Origin: Vulcanimicrobiota bacterium
GTDB taxonomy: Bacteria > Vulcanimicrobiota > Vulcanimicrobiia > Vulcanimicrobiales > Vulcanimicrobiaceae
NCBI GenBank assembly: GCA_963820825.1
Contig: CAWGBN010000008.1
Location: 576,001-640,000, forward strand
Direction of reading: 5' to 3'
DNA length: 64,000 bases
Made by a program: the position numbers and the translations under genes. Shown here piece after piece: positions 53,995 through 63,113 of the stretch. The notes beneath the pieces were generated by a model. It made no database searches and was not told the DNA's origin. It saw nothing but the letters and a program-made list of their open reading frames with translations. The first letter of the stretch is position 1. Every line of letters begins with the position of its first letter.

Positions 53995-54828
53995 TTGATC
54001 GTTCATCTCGTCGACGGAACCTACGAGCTCTTCCGGCATTTCTATGGACTGCGTCGCGCTACCGATGGGAGGGAGCGACGATTCGGCGCGGCTCTCGGAG
54101 TGCTCAATACCGTATTACAAATGATCGGCGAGAGTGCCACGCACCTCGGTGTCGCCACCGATCACGTTATCGAGTCCTTCCGCAACGGACTGTGGAGCGG
54201 CTACAAAACGGGAGAGGGCATCGACTCATCGCTGTTCGCGCAGTTCGAACCGCTCGAGGAGGCGTTGCGCGCGATGGGGATTCCCACTTGGGCGATGATC
54301 GAGCTCGAGGCCGATGATGCTCTGGCCTCGGCGGCCACCGTCGCCGCGCAGGATTCGCGGGTAGATAGAGTCTGCATTTGGACTCCGGATAAAGATCTCG
54401 CCCAATGCGTGCGCGACGATCGCATCGTGCAAGTCGACCGGAGGAGCAAGGTCGTTCGGAACGCCGACGGCGTGCGGGCGAAGTTTGGGGTGAGCCCCGA
54501 ACTGATACCCGACTATCTTGCGCTCGTCGGCGATTCGGCCGACGGCTATCCCGGCATGGCAGGCATTGGGCCCAAGGGCGCTGCCGCTCTCCTCACACGG
54601 TATGGCGCGATCGAGCAGTTCCCGCCGGAGGTGCTCGGTGAGCGGCAGCCTCTCGCGCTGTTATTTAAGGAACTGGCGACCCTTCGAACCGATGCGCAAC
54701 TCTTTGGCGACGTCAACGAACTAGAGTGGCGCGGCCCTACCGCCGGGTTTCCCGCCATATGCGAGCGGCTCGACGCCCCCGATCTCCTTGCGCGCGTCAC
54801 GAGAGTCGCGCGAGATCGCGAACGCTAA
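53995..54828 (+). CDS. 5'-3' exonuclease / flap endonuclease (stand-alone PolA N-terminal-like)
   Basis: HLVDGT, SFRN...YK, EADDAL, DKDLAQ, LVGDSADGYPG..GIGPK. Confidence 0.92.
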   Translation: MIVHLVDGTYELFRHFYGLRRATDGRERRFGAALGVLNTVLQMIGESATHLGVATDHVIESFRNGLWSGYKTGEGIDSSLFAQFEPLEEALRAMGIPTWAMIELEADDALASAATVAAQDSRVDRVCIWTPDKDLAQCVRDDRIVQVDRRSKVVRNADGVRAKFGVSPELIPDYLALVGDSADGYPGMAGIGPKGAAALLTRYGAIEQFPPEVLGERQPLALLFKELATLRTDAQLFGDVNELEWRGPTAGFPAICERLDAPDLLARVTRVARDRER

Positions 54829-54935
54829 CTGCGTAGCGATCGAAAGCTCGCGCGCTCGTCGTCTCGACTGTGATGTGCTTCTTGGCAAGCCGTGCTAAAT
54901 TTGACGGCGGTTTCGCCTACCCAAGTCGGCGTCGC

Positions 54936-55892
54936 TTAGCGTGCGATAAAGATTCCCATTGCTCCGGCGTCCGCGTCACCGAAGGCATGGGTGACGAACG
55001 GGTACTTCCCAGGCTGCAAAACCGCGAACTCGGTGACGGCGGCTCCGCCCGGAGGAATCGCGAGAGTCTGGATTCCGACCAAGAGGTTCTTCGGATTGCC
55101 GTCGATGTAGGCGCGCTGGAGAAGCGTGCCTACCACGTGAAACGCAGAGAAATGCGACGGCCCTGCGTTAACGATGAAGACGCGGACCCTTCGGCCCACT
55201 GAGATCGGAAGCGGCTTGCGCATGTATTGAAGCGCCATGCCGTTGAAATCGACGACATCGGCGACGCCGCTCTGCATTTTTACGAAGTCGCCCTGATACT
55301 CGTCGGTCCCCTCGACCTGTTTGGGATAGAACTCACTCTGTACGAACACGTACGACTGCGCACTGGGCCCCCACCCCCCTTTCGGGTCGACGACGATCGC
55401 GCCGTACATGCCGTTGCTGATGTGCATAAGCACCGGCGTCGTTCCGCAATGATAGAGAAATGCCCCGGGCGACGATGCGACCCAGGAGAAATGCAGTGTC
55501 TGGCCGGGCTGAATCGTTTGATAGGCGACGTTTGGCGGCGCGAGCGCGGCATGAAAGTCGATCGAGTGTCCGATCGATGCCTTATTCGTCAGCGTGACGT
55601 CGATGCGGTCTCCTACCCGCGCATGAATCACTGGTCCCGGCACGATACCGTTGAACGTCCAAGCACGATACTTTATCGTCGGCGAGATTTGCACGACGGT
55701 GTCGATCAGCGCCAATCGAACGAAAACGGTACGATTCGCCGAGAGCGGCGGCAGTAGGTCGAGTATCGATGGATCGCCTGGTGGCACGTCGACGGTGCCG
55801 CTCGTCACTTGTGCGGTCACGGGTGGTAGCTGGTCCGCCGATGCTACGAGCGGGATCGCGACCGCGGCAACGATCGACCAGAAGTAGCGCAT
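54936..55892 (-). CDS. nirK: Copper-containing nitrite reductase
   Basis: Signal peptide; WTFNG..PGP, HSIDFH, YHC...H....M, FHVVG, PFVTH: T1 and T2 Cu ligands plus catalytic Asp and His. Confidence 0.8.
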   Translation of the reverse strand: MRYFWSIVAAVAIPLVASADQLPPVTAQVTSGTVDVPPGDPSILDLLPPLSANRTVFVRLALIDTVVQISPTIKYRAWTFNGIVPGPVIHARVGDRIDVTLTNKASIGHSIDFHAALAPPNVAYQTIQPGQTLHFSWVASSPGAFLYHCGTTPVLMHISNGMYGAIVVDPKGGWGPSAQSYVFVQSEFYPKQVEGTDEYQGDFVKMQSGVADVVDFNGMALQYMRKPLPISVGRRVRVFIVNAGPSHFSAFHVVGTLLQRAYIDGNPKNLLVGIQTLAIPPGGAAVTEFAVLQPGKYPFVTHAFGDADAGAMGIFIAR

Positions 55893-56012
55893 GCTCAATC
55901 CCTTCACCTCGCCGGAGAACCTGTTCGACTTCATTTTATGACAGCATACGTCGCACTTGAGAAGATCCCATGAAAGTCGCGATCCGGCCCACCTCGTCCA
56001 TATCGTTTGCTC

Positions 56013-56522
56013 TCAGAGGGAAGGTCGTTGCTCCGCACCCTGATCCGCGCCACCCGCTTGGCTGCCGGCAAGCGTCATTACATCGAGGGTTGCGGCGTTC
56101 TCTGCGGCGATTGCCTTTTCGACTCGATCAATTAGCAATTTTAGTCTTTGCTGTTCCGATGCTACCTTTTCATAAGGACCCGTACCTGTAAGAAAAAAGA
56201 CTTGCTCGTGTCCCAAGAACTGCTCGGTGGAACGGTAGTTCTTCCATTGTTCTCGATAGTGATATACGGATTCCAGCGCGATCGTCGCGGCCACGGCAAC
56301 ACTCACTAATGTGCTTACGATAGTGTGATATGGGAAAGACAGATTTACCAAAACAGGTATTACGACGCCACCGGCCACCGTAATCGTTCGCATCTGAAAA
56401 TAACGCGACTTGCAAATTACGGCTTTTGAATCATACCAGCCCTGATACTGCTTTACACGCCGGTTGATGTAGTCTTCGGCACTTTGAAACAGTTCCACAG
56501 TGTTCCCCTCTTGGAGAGCCAT
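56013..56522 (-). CDS. DUF4231 (SLATT-like 2TM) protein
   Basis: YINRRVKQYQGWYDSKA, two TM segments, EQWKNYRSTEQFL; visibly lower GC than its flanks. Confidence 0.8.
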   Translation of the reverse strand: MALQEGNTVELFQSAEDYINRRVKQYQGWYDSKAVICKSRYFQMRTITVAGGVVIPVLVNLSFPYHTIVSTLVSVAVAATIALESVYHYREQWKNYRSTEQFLGHEQVFFLTGTGPYEKVASEQQRLKLLIDRVEKAIAAENAATLDVMTLAGSQAGGADQGAEQRPSL

Positions 56523-56858
56523 CGAGACACGCTTCGTCTTAAAGCGATTAGCGATTCTAGCTCGTACCGCTGAGCGCCTAGTGTTGCGCGAGAAGATGGC
56601 GCCACAGCGTCCGAACGAGCGAGCGCAAACGTCGCGGCTATTACGGGGGACGACTCGCGGCCATCTGCAAAGCTTCGCTAGGAGACGCGCTCGCCCTGAG
56701 GCTGCCGTTGGGCCGGGCGTCGACGTACTGCTCCAAGGTTGAGACGTTCGGCGCCGCGGTAGCCAAAGCCATGCAGTGGCGATGCCGCCGACGGTTATCC
56801 CGGCATCGCGGACGCCGGGCCGAAGGATCCCGGAAACTCACCGGGGTCTCGGAAGAAA

Positions 56859-56992
56859 ATGCAACCTTTTTCGCTTCTCTGCGGTAGAAGGGTTTGCATC
56901 GGCCAGGAATCTGTGAGACACTCCTTGCCGTCCTCAAGCGCGATCTTTCGAGTGGTCGATAAGTTGCGCCCACCGAAAGATAGGTTTCAATC
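56859..56992 (+). promoter_or_regulatory. Candidate structured 5' leader of the DEAD-box helicase gene
   Basis: Three stems at 56859-56899, 56901-56929 and 56943-56981; the last abuts the SD-like AGGT at 56982-56985. Confidence 0.45.
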
Positions 56993-58183
56993 ATCTCCAT
57001 TTTCTTAGAGCTTCCCCTGGATGCTGCCATACGTCGCGGCATCGAAGACCTTCACTATAAAGAGCCCACGGCTATCCAGCGAAACGCCATTCCCATTGCT
57101 CTGGCCGGCCGCGACGTCTTTGCCAGCGCTCCAACCGGCAGCGGCAAGACCGCGGCCTTCGGCATTCCGTTACTGCAACGACTGCTCGCCCGACGCGCCG
57201 ACCGGCGTGCCGCGCTGATCCTGACGCCGACCCGCGAGCTGGCGCAGCAAATCGCGGAGCATCTTCGGCAGTTGGCAAAACACACCAGCCTGCAGATCAC
57301 GCCGATTTACGGCGGGGTGGCCATGAAACCGCAGATCAAGGCGATGCGCCGCGGTACCGACGTTATCGTCGCAACGCCCGGACGGCTCATCGATTTGATG
57401 CAGCAGGGCGAAGCGCGTCTCGACAACGTTGCTATTCTCGTGCTCGACGAAGCGGACCGTATGCTCGACATGGGGTTCTTACCGGCCGTAAAGCGCGTTG
57501 TCGCCAAACTCCCAGCCGACCGGCAAACGCTCTGCTTTTCGGCAACGCTCGGAAGCGCGGTGGTTCAGCTTGCACGCGAATTTCTCCGCGATCCCGTGCG
57601 CATCAACTTGGCACCGCCAACGCCGGTAGCAACCGTAACCCAGTGGGTATACGAAGTGGAACCGCACAAAAAGACCGATCTTCTGGTGGATCTGCTCAAA
57701 GACGGACGCGTCTTCAACGCAATCGTTTTTACGCGGACTAAGTCGCGGGCCGAGCGCGTCGCCGGTGCTCTGATGCGGCATCGCGTCGATGCGGAGCGCA
57801 TTCACGGCGATCGTTCGCAGGCGCAGCGCTCGCGAGCGCTCGAGGCCTTTAAGAAGGGGCGCTACCAGGTCTTAGTCGCGACCGACGTCGCCGCGCGAGG
57901 CCTCGACATCGACGATCTCGGACACGTCATCAACTACGACGTCCCCGCCGAGCCCACCGATTACTTGCATCGCATCGGACGTACGGCGCGCGCTCAAAAG
58001 ACCGGCGACGCGATTACGTTCGTTTCGCGTGACGAAGCCCGCTCGTTTGCACGGATCGAAGGCGCAATCGGCACGTCTTTAGCGCGCAGCGAGCACGGTT
58101 TCATGGAGCCCGCGTCCGATCGAGCGGTTGCGGTCGCGCCGCCGGTGCGTCGCCGGTCATTTCAGCGACGGCGTCGTCGCTAA
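56993..58183 (+). CDS. DEAD-box RNA helicase (RhlE-like) with probable non-canonical ATC start
   Basis: Frame open from 56984: Q motif FLELPL...YKEPTAIQ, APTGSGKT, PTRELA, TPGRL, DEAD, SAT, ARGLD, HRIGRTAR; in-frame TAG at 56981-56983. Confidence 0.9.
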   Translation: MSIFLELPLDAAIRRGIEDLHYKEPTAIQRNAIPIALAGRDVFASAPTGSGKTAAFGIPLLQRLLARRADRRAALILTPTRELAQQIAEHLRQLAKHTSLQITPIYGGVAMKPQIKAMRRGTDVIVATPGRLIDLMQQGEARLDNVAILVLDEADRMLDMGFLPAVKRVVAKLPADRQTLCFSATLGSAVVQLAREFLRDPVRINLAPPTPVATVTQWVYEVEPHKKTDLLVDLLKDGRVFNAIVFTRTKSRAERVAGALMRHRVDAERIHGDRSQAQRSRALEAFKKGRYQVLVATDVAARGLDIDDLGHVINYDVPAEPTDYLHRIGRTARAQKTGDAITFVSRDEARSFARIEGAIGTSLARSEHGFMEPASDRAVAVAPPVRRRSFQRRRRR

Positions 58184-58244
58184 TATTTCACCAAAACCAG
58201 GCGGTCTTCCTAACGGCCGTCGAATCGAGACCTAGGAGGCTCAA

Positions 58245-58556
58245 ATGTACACCGACGAAACCCTTACCTGCGTCGACTGCGGACGCGCATTTCAATTCAC
58301 TGCGAGCGAACAAGAGTTCTTTGCAAGCAAAGGATTCACGAACAAGCCCAGCCGGTGCGGCGATTGCCGCGCGGCACGAAAAGCCGCCGGCGGCGGCCGC
58401 AGCGGATCGAGAGGCGGCGGCTACGGCGGTCAACGCGAGATGTTCAAGGCCACCTGCAGCCAATGCGGCGGCGTAGCGGAAGTTCCGTTCGAACCGCGCG
58501 GAGACAAGCCGGTGTATTGCCGGGATTGCTTCGCATCGCGACCAAATTACCGCTAA
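58245..58556 (+). CDS. Zinc-ribbon / CxxC-x17-CxxC domain protein
   Basis: RBS AGGAGG; CVDC...EQEFF...CGDC, Gly/Arg linker, CSQC-x17-CRDC. Confidence 0.92.
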   Translation: MYTDETLTCVDCGRAFQFTASEQEFFASKGFTNKPSRCGDCRAARKAAGGGRSGSRGGGYGGQREMFKATCSQCGGVAEVPFEPRGDKPVYCRDCFASRPNYR

Positions 58557-58727
58557 TGGCCGGCGATCGTTGCGCGAATTATCGTACGAGCATATAGGTC
58601 TGGGTATGCCACGAACCGGCAAGGAACGTACCACCTAGGGCAAACGCGGCCCAGCCGGCGAGCAGCCAAAGATCTCTTAAATCGTTCGTCATGCGTTGTA
58701 GTGTAGCGGCCGAGGCGTACGAAAACG

Positions 58728-59447
58728 TCACACGAGGCAGGTGACGATGGCCAGCCCCTTGGCCGCGGCGTCCGAAAAGAAACCGCGCAGGCGGCGGAAG
58801 CCGTCGAGAATCCAGTCCGCGTCGGAAGATTGCCAGCCAGGGTAGATTTCGAGTTCGGACATCCGCTTGGGGTCGAAGCGCGCGGCTGCCTCCGACTCGA
58901 GCTCCGGGCGGCCGAGCGCCGCCGCGAGTTCCTTCACCTGGACCGGGGTGAAGTAGCGTGCCGGCCCGTAGCCCGAGAAGCCTTCGTTGTCGTCGTCACC
59001 GAGAGCCGTTCCGCCCAGGACGGCCTGGCTCAGAAGCGACGGCCCGGCTTCGGCTTCACCGCAGAGAACGTAGTGCACGCCGTGCCACGCTTTGTCGAGT
59101 GAGAGAACCGCGTGCGTGCCGGCCGCCTTCGGTGGCGAAGTGGAACGGCGCCGCTCCATCACGGTCAAGATCTCGTCCCCGCTCAGGCCGCGTGCCCACT
59201 CTGCCGGCGTCTTGCCGAGGCGCTCCGCGAGCCGCTCCTGCAGCCTTGGATCGAGCCGCGAAAGCGTATCGGCCAGCATTTGCGGCCCGACAGCCCGCAC
59301 TCGATCCTGCATCGTCTTCGCGAGCCTGATGAAGGCGTCGGGCATGCCGCTCTCCTCGTTGAAGAGAGCCTCCACCGACGACGGATCGGCTTCGAATTGT
59401 GAAAGCTCGTCGGCGTGCACCTGAACGAACGTTGCGTTCATCGACAT
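58728..59447 (-). CDS. YfbM/DUF1877 family protein
   Basis: MSMNATF N-terminus, LDKAWHGVHYVL, GYGPARY, EIYP. Confidence 0.82.
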   Translation of the reverse strand: MSMNATFVQVHADELSQFEADPSSVEALFNEESGMPDAFIRLAKTMQDRVRAVGPQMLADTLSRLDPRLQERLAERLGKTPAEWARGLSGDEILTVMERRRSTSPPKAAGTHAVLSLDKAWHGVHYVLCGEAEAGPSLLSQAVLGGTALGDDDNEGFSGYGPARYFTPVQVKELAAALGRPELESEAAARFDPKRMSELEIYPGWQSSDADWILDGFRRLRGFFSDAAAKGLAIVTCLV

Positions 59448-59483
59448 ACCCCATTTGATTAGTGCACGAGCCGGGGTATTCCG

Positions 59484-59834
59484 TTACGTAGGCGGTCCGA
59501 TGAGGATCCACGTCCTCCCTTGGAAGCTCCGGATCATGACGACCAATGCGTGCGCTCCCTCTCCGATGAGGAAAGCGTCTTCGGTCTTTTCCATCCCCGG
59601 TTGCTGCATCTCGGTCTTATCTGCGAGATGCGCCTGATACCAGGCTTTGACCGTGGCGAAGCTCGCCGAAGTGACGAAGGCTTTGACTTGCGGAGGCGGC
59701 GTCTTCAGCGCGACCCCCTTTGGGAGATTGCCGGGAACTGCGTCCGGATAGACTGGTGGCGCCGTGGAAGCCGCCGACGCTGCCCCAATCGCGGCGAGAG
59801 CCGCGAACGACAATGTGGTTAGAAACGCTCGCAC
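59484..59834 (-). CDS. Hypothetical secreted protein
   Basis: RBS AAGGAG; signal peptide; PPVYPDA, VKAWYQAHL. Confidence 0.65.
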   Translation of the reverse strand: MRAFLTTLSFAALAAIGAASAASTAPPVYPDAVPGNLPKGVALKTPPPQVKAFVTSASFATVKAWYQAHLADKTEMQQPGMEKTEDAFLIGEGAHALVVMIRSFQGRTWILIGPPT

Positions 59835-59873
59835 GATATCTCCTTAAAACATCGACTCCGTTTTGACCGCTTT

Positions 59874-61712
59874 TTAGCGCCGGCCCTCTTTCATGTGCTC
59901 GACGATAGCGTCGGGAAGGTCACGCAAGGCATCGTTGGTAGCTCGCGTGAGCGCTTCGAGCGATGCAAGCGCATTGAGTAGCCCGTCCGTTCTTCCGGCG
60001 GCGCCCGCGCCGAGCAAGTCGAGCGCGACGCCGACACCGTGCGCGACCTGTGCAACGGCTGCCGACTCGTCGGGTGCGTACGTCTCGCCGTTGATCTTCG
60101 CACCGAGGACGAGCACGCCGACGAGGCGCCCGCGCGCAAGCATGGGATAAGCGAACTCTCCCGACAATTTGGTCTTCACAAGATGCAGCTCGAGCGCCTC
60201 GTGCGAGGCGCGCAGCGCGACGAGCGCCGCATCGTTCTCATCGACGCTGCCGTATCGCGTGCCGTCGTAGATCGAAAAGTCCGCCAACGACGCGCCCGTA
60301 TGCTGCAGCAGCGTCTCCTTTGCACGCTCTAACACGATGCCGGCGTCAGTGATAAATGCAACCTCCTGCGCAAAGCGCCGCAGTGCGTGCTCGTCCTCGT
60401 GGCGCCTGCGGAAGAAAACGTTGTCGACGAAACGATCGACGCGCGCGTGAATCTGGTGCAGCGATAGACCGAGTCCCAGGGCGATCGCCGCGCTCACGGC
60501 GATATTGGCAACGCGGCCCGCGGTATGCAACCAGCCTCCTAGCGCCCATTCCACGAGCGTAAATGCGCCCACGACCAAGAGCGACACGCCGGTGAACACG
60601 GCCGCGCGGTTGAGGACGAAGCCGACGTCGAGGAGGCGCCGGCTGAGCAGCGCGTACATCAAGCCGAGCGGAGCGATGAACCAGGCCGCGTTGAGAATCC
60701 AATAGTACGCGATGACATTCGCGGTGAGATACGACTGGATCGTAGCGATGCCAAACAGATAGAGGACCGCGAGCGAACCCGTCGCCCACGCGACGCGCGA
60801 ACGCTCCGCTCCACTCGAGGCGCGCACTGCAAGCACCGCACAGAGCAAGGCCATCGCCGCCGGCCCGACGACCGCGATAAGCTGCGGCAGCGGATGCGAC
60901 GCGAACCACGCGTGCAGATCGAGCGTCCCCAGCCACAGGCCGATGATGCCGATCGCTCCGCCTGGGCCGTAGCCGCCTTGCGCGGCTCCGGTCCAGATAA
61001 CCGCCGAGAGCGCGGCTGCGACGTACGTCAACGCGGTGAGGACTCGCCGAGTAAATGAGAGCGGGCGCCCAAACAACAAGGCGTAACGTGCGAACAGCGC
61101 GACGCCGGCCATGAATCCGAACTGCGCGACGACGTTGAGCGTAACGTCGAGCGCGACCCATGGCGTGAGCCACCCATTGATCGGAAATAGATTCTCGCCG
61201 AGCTGGATGAGGATGAGTGTGAGCGCGAGCGTGCGCACTTCGACGTTTTCGGGACGACGCCACATCAGTATCGCGGCTACGAACAGACTAAACGCCGATC
61301 CGAGCCAGAAGGCCCAGGCGAAGAGCACTTGCCACGTATTGAAAAATGCGGTTTGAGTGTACGGGCCCGGCGTGACGGTGATCGATCGGGTGACCCCGTT
61401 TCGCACGATCGGCAGCGCGATCGGCGTTGCGACGAGCCATTCGTTGCGCAACCAGTATCTCGCTTGGGGCGTCATAGAGCGCAGATCGACGACATCGCCG
61501 GCGCGAATTCCGCTGTGCTCGGCGAGCGAACCGGGGACGACTGAATCGAAGCGGTCGAGGAACGGCGCCTCCGTAACCGGGCCGAACGGCGAGCCTCCGA
61601 AGACGTCGCCATAGAGAGCGTACGTTGCCCACGCGCTCTCCGCGACGGCGAAAAGCCCAATGAGACATAATGCAAAGTACACGCCCTGCACTATTCGTGT
61701 GCCGCTCGGCAT
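59874..61712 (-). CDS. PDZ + multi-TM + GAF-like membrane protein with no output domain
   Basis: VVPGSLAEHSGIRAGD (PDZ), about 10 TM segments, RVDRFVDNVFFR, PMLARGRLVGVLVLGAK..GETY (GAF-like). Confidence 0.72.
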   Translation of the reverse strand: MPSGTRIVQGVYFALCLIGLFAVAESAWATYALYGDVFGGSPFGPVTEAPFLDRFDSVVPGSLAEHSGIRAGDVVDLRSMTPQARYWLRNEWLVATPIALPIVRNGVTRSITVTPGPYTQTAFFNTWQVLFAWAFWLGSAFSLFVAAILMWRRPENVEVRTLALTLILIQLGENLFPINGWLTPWVALDVTLNVVAQFGFMAGVALFARYALLFGRPLSFTRRVLTALTYVAAALSAVIWTGAAQGGYGPGGAIGIIGLWLGTLDLHAWFASHPLPQLIAVVGPAAMALLCAVLAVRASSGAERSRVAWATGSLAVLYLFGIATIQSYLTANVIAYYWILNAAWFIAPLGLMYALLSRRLLDVGFVLNRAAVFTGVSLLVVGAFTLVEWALGGWLHTAGRVANIAVSAAIALGLGLSLHQIHARVDRFVDNVFFRRRHEDEHALRRFAQEVAFITDAGIVLERAKETLLQHTGASLADFSIYDGTRYGSVDENDAALVALRASHEALELHLVKTKLSGEFAYPMLARGRLVGVLVLGAKINGETYAPDESAAVAQVAHGVGVALDLLGAGAAGRTDGLLNALASLEALTRATNDALRDLPDAIVEHMKEGRR

Positions 61713-61907
61713 GCCGCGAGTCTTACGCAAGGTCGGCCCTACGAGCGGACCTTGACCGCGATAGACAATGAGGGCCCCCTCCTCAAGAGCGTGGAGGCAG
61801 TTTTCCGTTTGAGCGCGCAAAAGCCTAGGGAAACGATCGGAGGCACACGATTCGATGGGATGTCTATGCCGCAGCCTGCGGCGTCGCAAAAATGACGTCG
61901 ACGCCGT

Positions 61908-63113
61908 TTAAGGGTGGGCGATCCTCAGCCCCGCGGTGAGAATCGGATCGGCTCCCGAGGCCGTCGCAAGATTGACGAGTACGTCCGGCTTGAAATCGGA
62001 GCGCGGCTTCCCGGTCGCGTCGTAAACGGGCTCCGCGGAGATCTGCGCGTCGACGTCGTTCTGCGGCAGATGATCTTTGATAACCGCCGCGCCGAGACCG
62101 GCCATCTGCGTGCCGACGACGATCGATGCGGACCCTTCATGCATCGCCATCGCGAAGCCCTCGGCCACACTCTCACTCCATCGATCTACGAGGACCACCA
62201 CTCTGCCGCCGTAGCGCCACGGGCCGCGCGGATCGATATACTCGGGCCAGCGGGGACCTAGGTGCGCACCCGCTCGGCGCGCCATCCACGCATAAAGCCT
62301 GCGTTTAGCAAAGAAGCGTCCCGCGATGGGCCGCATCACGGCAGTGTCACCGCCCCCGTCGTTGCGCACGTCGATGATCAGCGCGGGAGCGGTGCGCACC
62401 GCCGCGAGCGCTCGATCGAACTCGCCCACGACCCGCGCGTCGGCAAACGACCTGATGGCGATGTATGGTACGTCACCCACCTCTGACGAGCTCAAGTCGG
62501 GCGACGCCGCTCCGTCGTTCTTGTCGTGCGGAATGGTTACGGTTTTCGTCTTTCCGCTTTTATCGCGTAGCCGCAGGACGCGCGCGCGGTCGTGACGCCC
62601 AGAAAGCGCAGAGAGAAGCGCCCATTCGTCGGCCGCGGGATCGGGCGAGCGAAGAAAATGCGGCTTGCGCGCGGCGATCGCATCGAAAACCGCGTGGCCG
62701 CCGATCGAGAGTAGCGCGTCGCCGGCGCGAACGCCCGCCTTCTGCGCGGCCGATCCGCCACGCACTGCGGTCACGACGTAACCCTCGGCGCTCGGCTCGG
62801 CCCAGATGTCGTACGCCGGCAGCCTCCACGAATCGCGATAATTTGCCGTCAGGTGCGTGTGAGAATCGTAGAGCTCGTCGAGCATGGCTTCGAGCACGCC
62901 GAAGCGCGCGCGATCGTCAGCGGCAGTCGCATATTTGGCGCGATAGTACCGCACGGTGGCCGGCCAGTCAGTTCGCTTGACATCGAGATAGGCGTAACGG
63001 TTAGAGACGAAGTTTGCCAAGAGATCGACGTCGCTCGTCGGCTGCGGCACGGGCGACGCACTCAGAAGAGCAACGGTTGATGCGAGGATCAACACGGCGA
63101 CTAAAGAGTTCAC
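61908..63113 (-). CDS. S41 family peptidase with PDZ domain
   Basis: Signal peptide; RYAY, LYDSHT, GSAAQKAGVRAGD, LIIDVRNDGGG, SESVAEGF. Confidence 0.85.
   Translation of the reverse strand: MNSLVAVLILASTVALLSASPVPQPTSDVDLLANFVSNRYAYLDVKRTDWPATVRYYRAKYATAADDRARFGVLEAMLDELYDSHTHLTANYRDSWRLPAYDIWAEPSAEGYVVTAVRGGSAAQKAGVRAGDALLSIGGHAVFDAIAARKPHFLRSPDPAADEWALLSALSGRHDRARVLRLRDKSGKTKTVTIPHDKNDGAASPDLSSSEVGDVPYIAIRSFADARVVGEFDRALAAVRTAPALIIDVRNDGGGDTAVMRPIAGRFFAKRRLYAWMARRAGAHLGPRWPEYIDPRGPWRYGGRVVVLVDRWSESVAEGFAMAMHEGSASIVVGTQMAGLGAAVIKDHLPQNDVDAQISAEPVYDATGKPRSDFKPDVLVNLATASGADPILTAGLRIAHP

Noticed and set aside
55957..55970. FNR/CRP-like box upstream of nirK (TTGAGAAGATCCCA)
   Set aside because: Only one half-site resembles TTGAT-N4-ATCAA; too weak to call.
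56523..56858. Short ORFs between the DUF4231 and helicase genes
   Set aside because: No recognisable motifs or convincing RBS.
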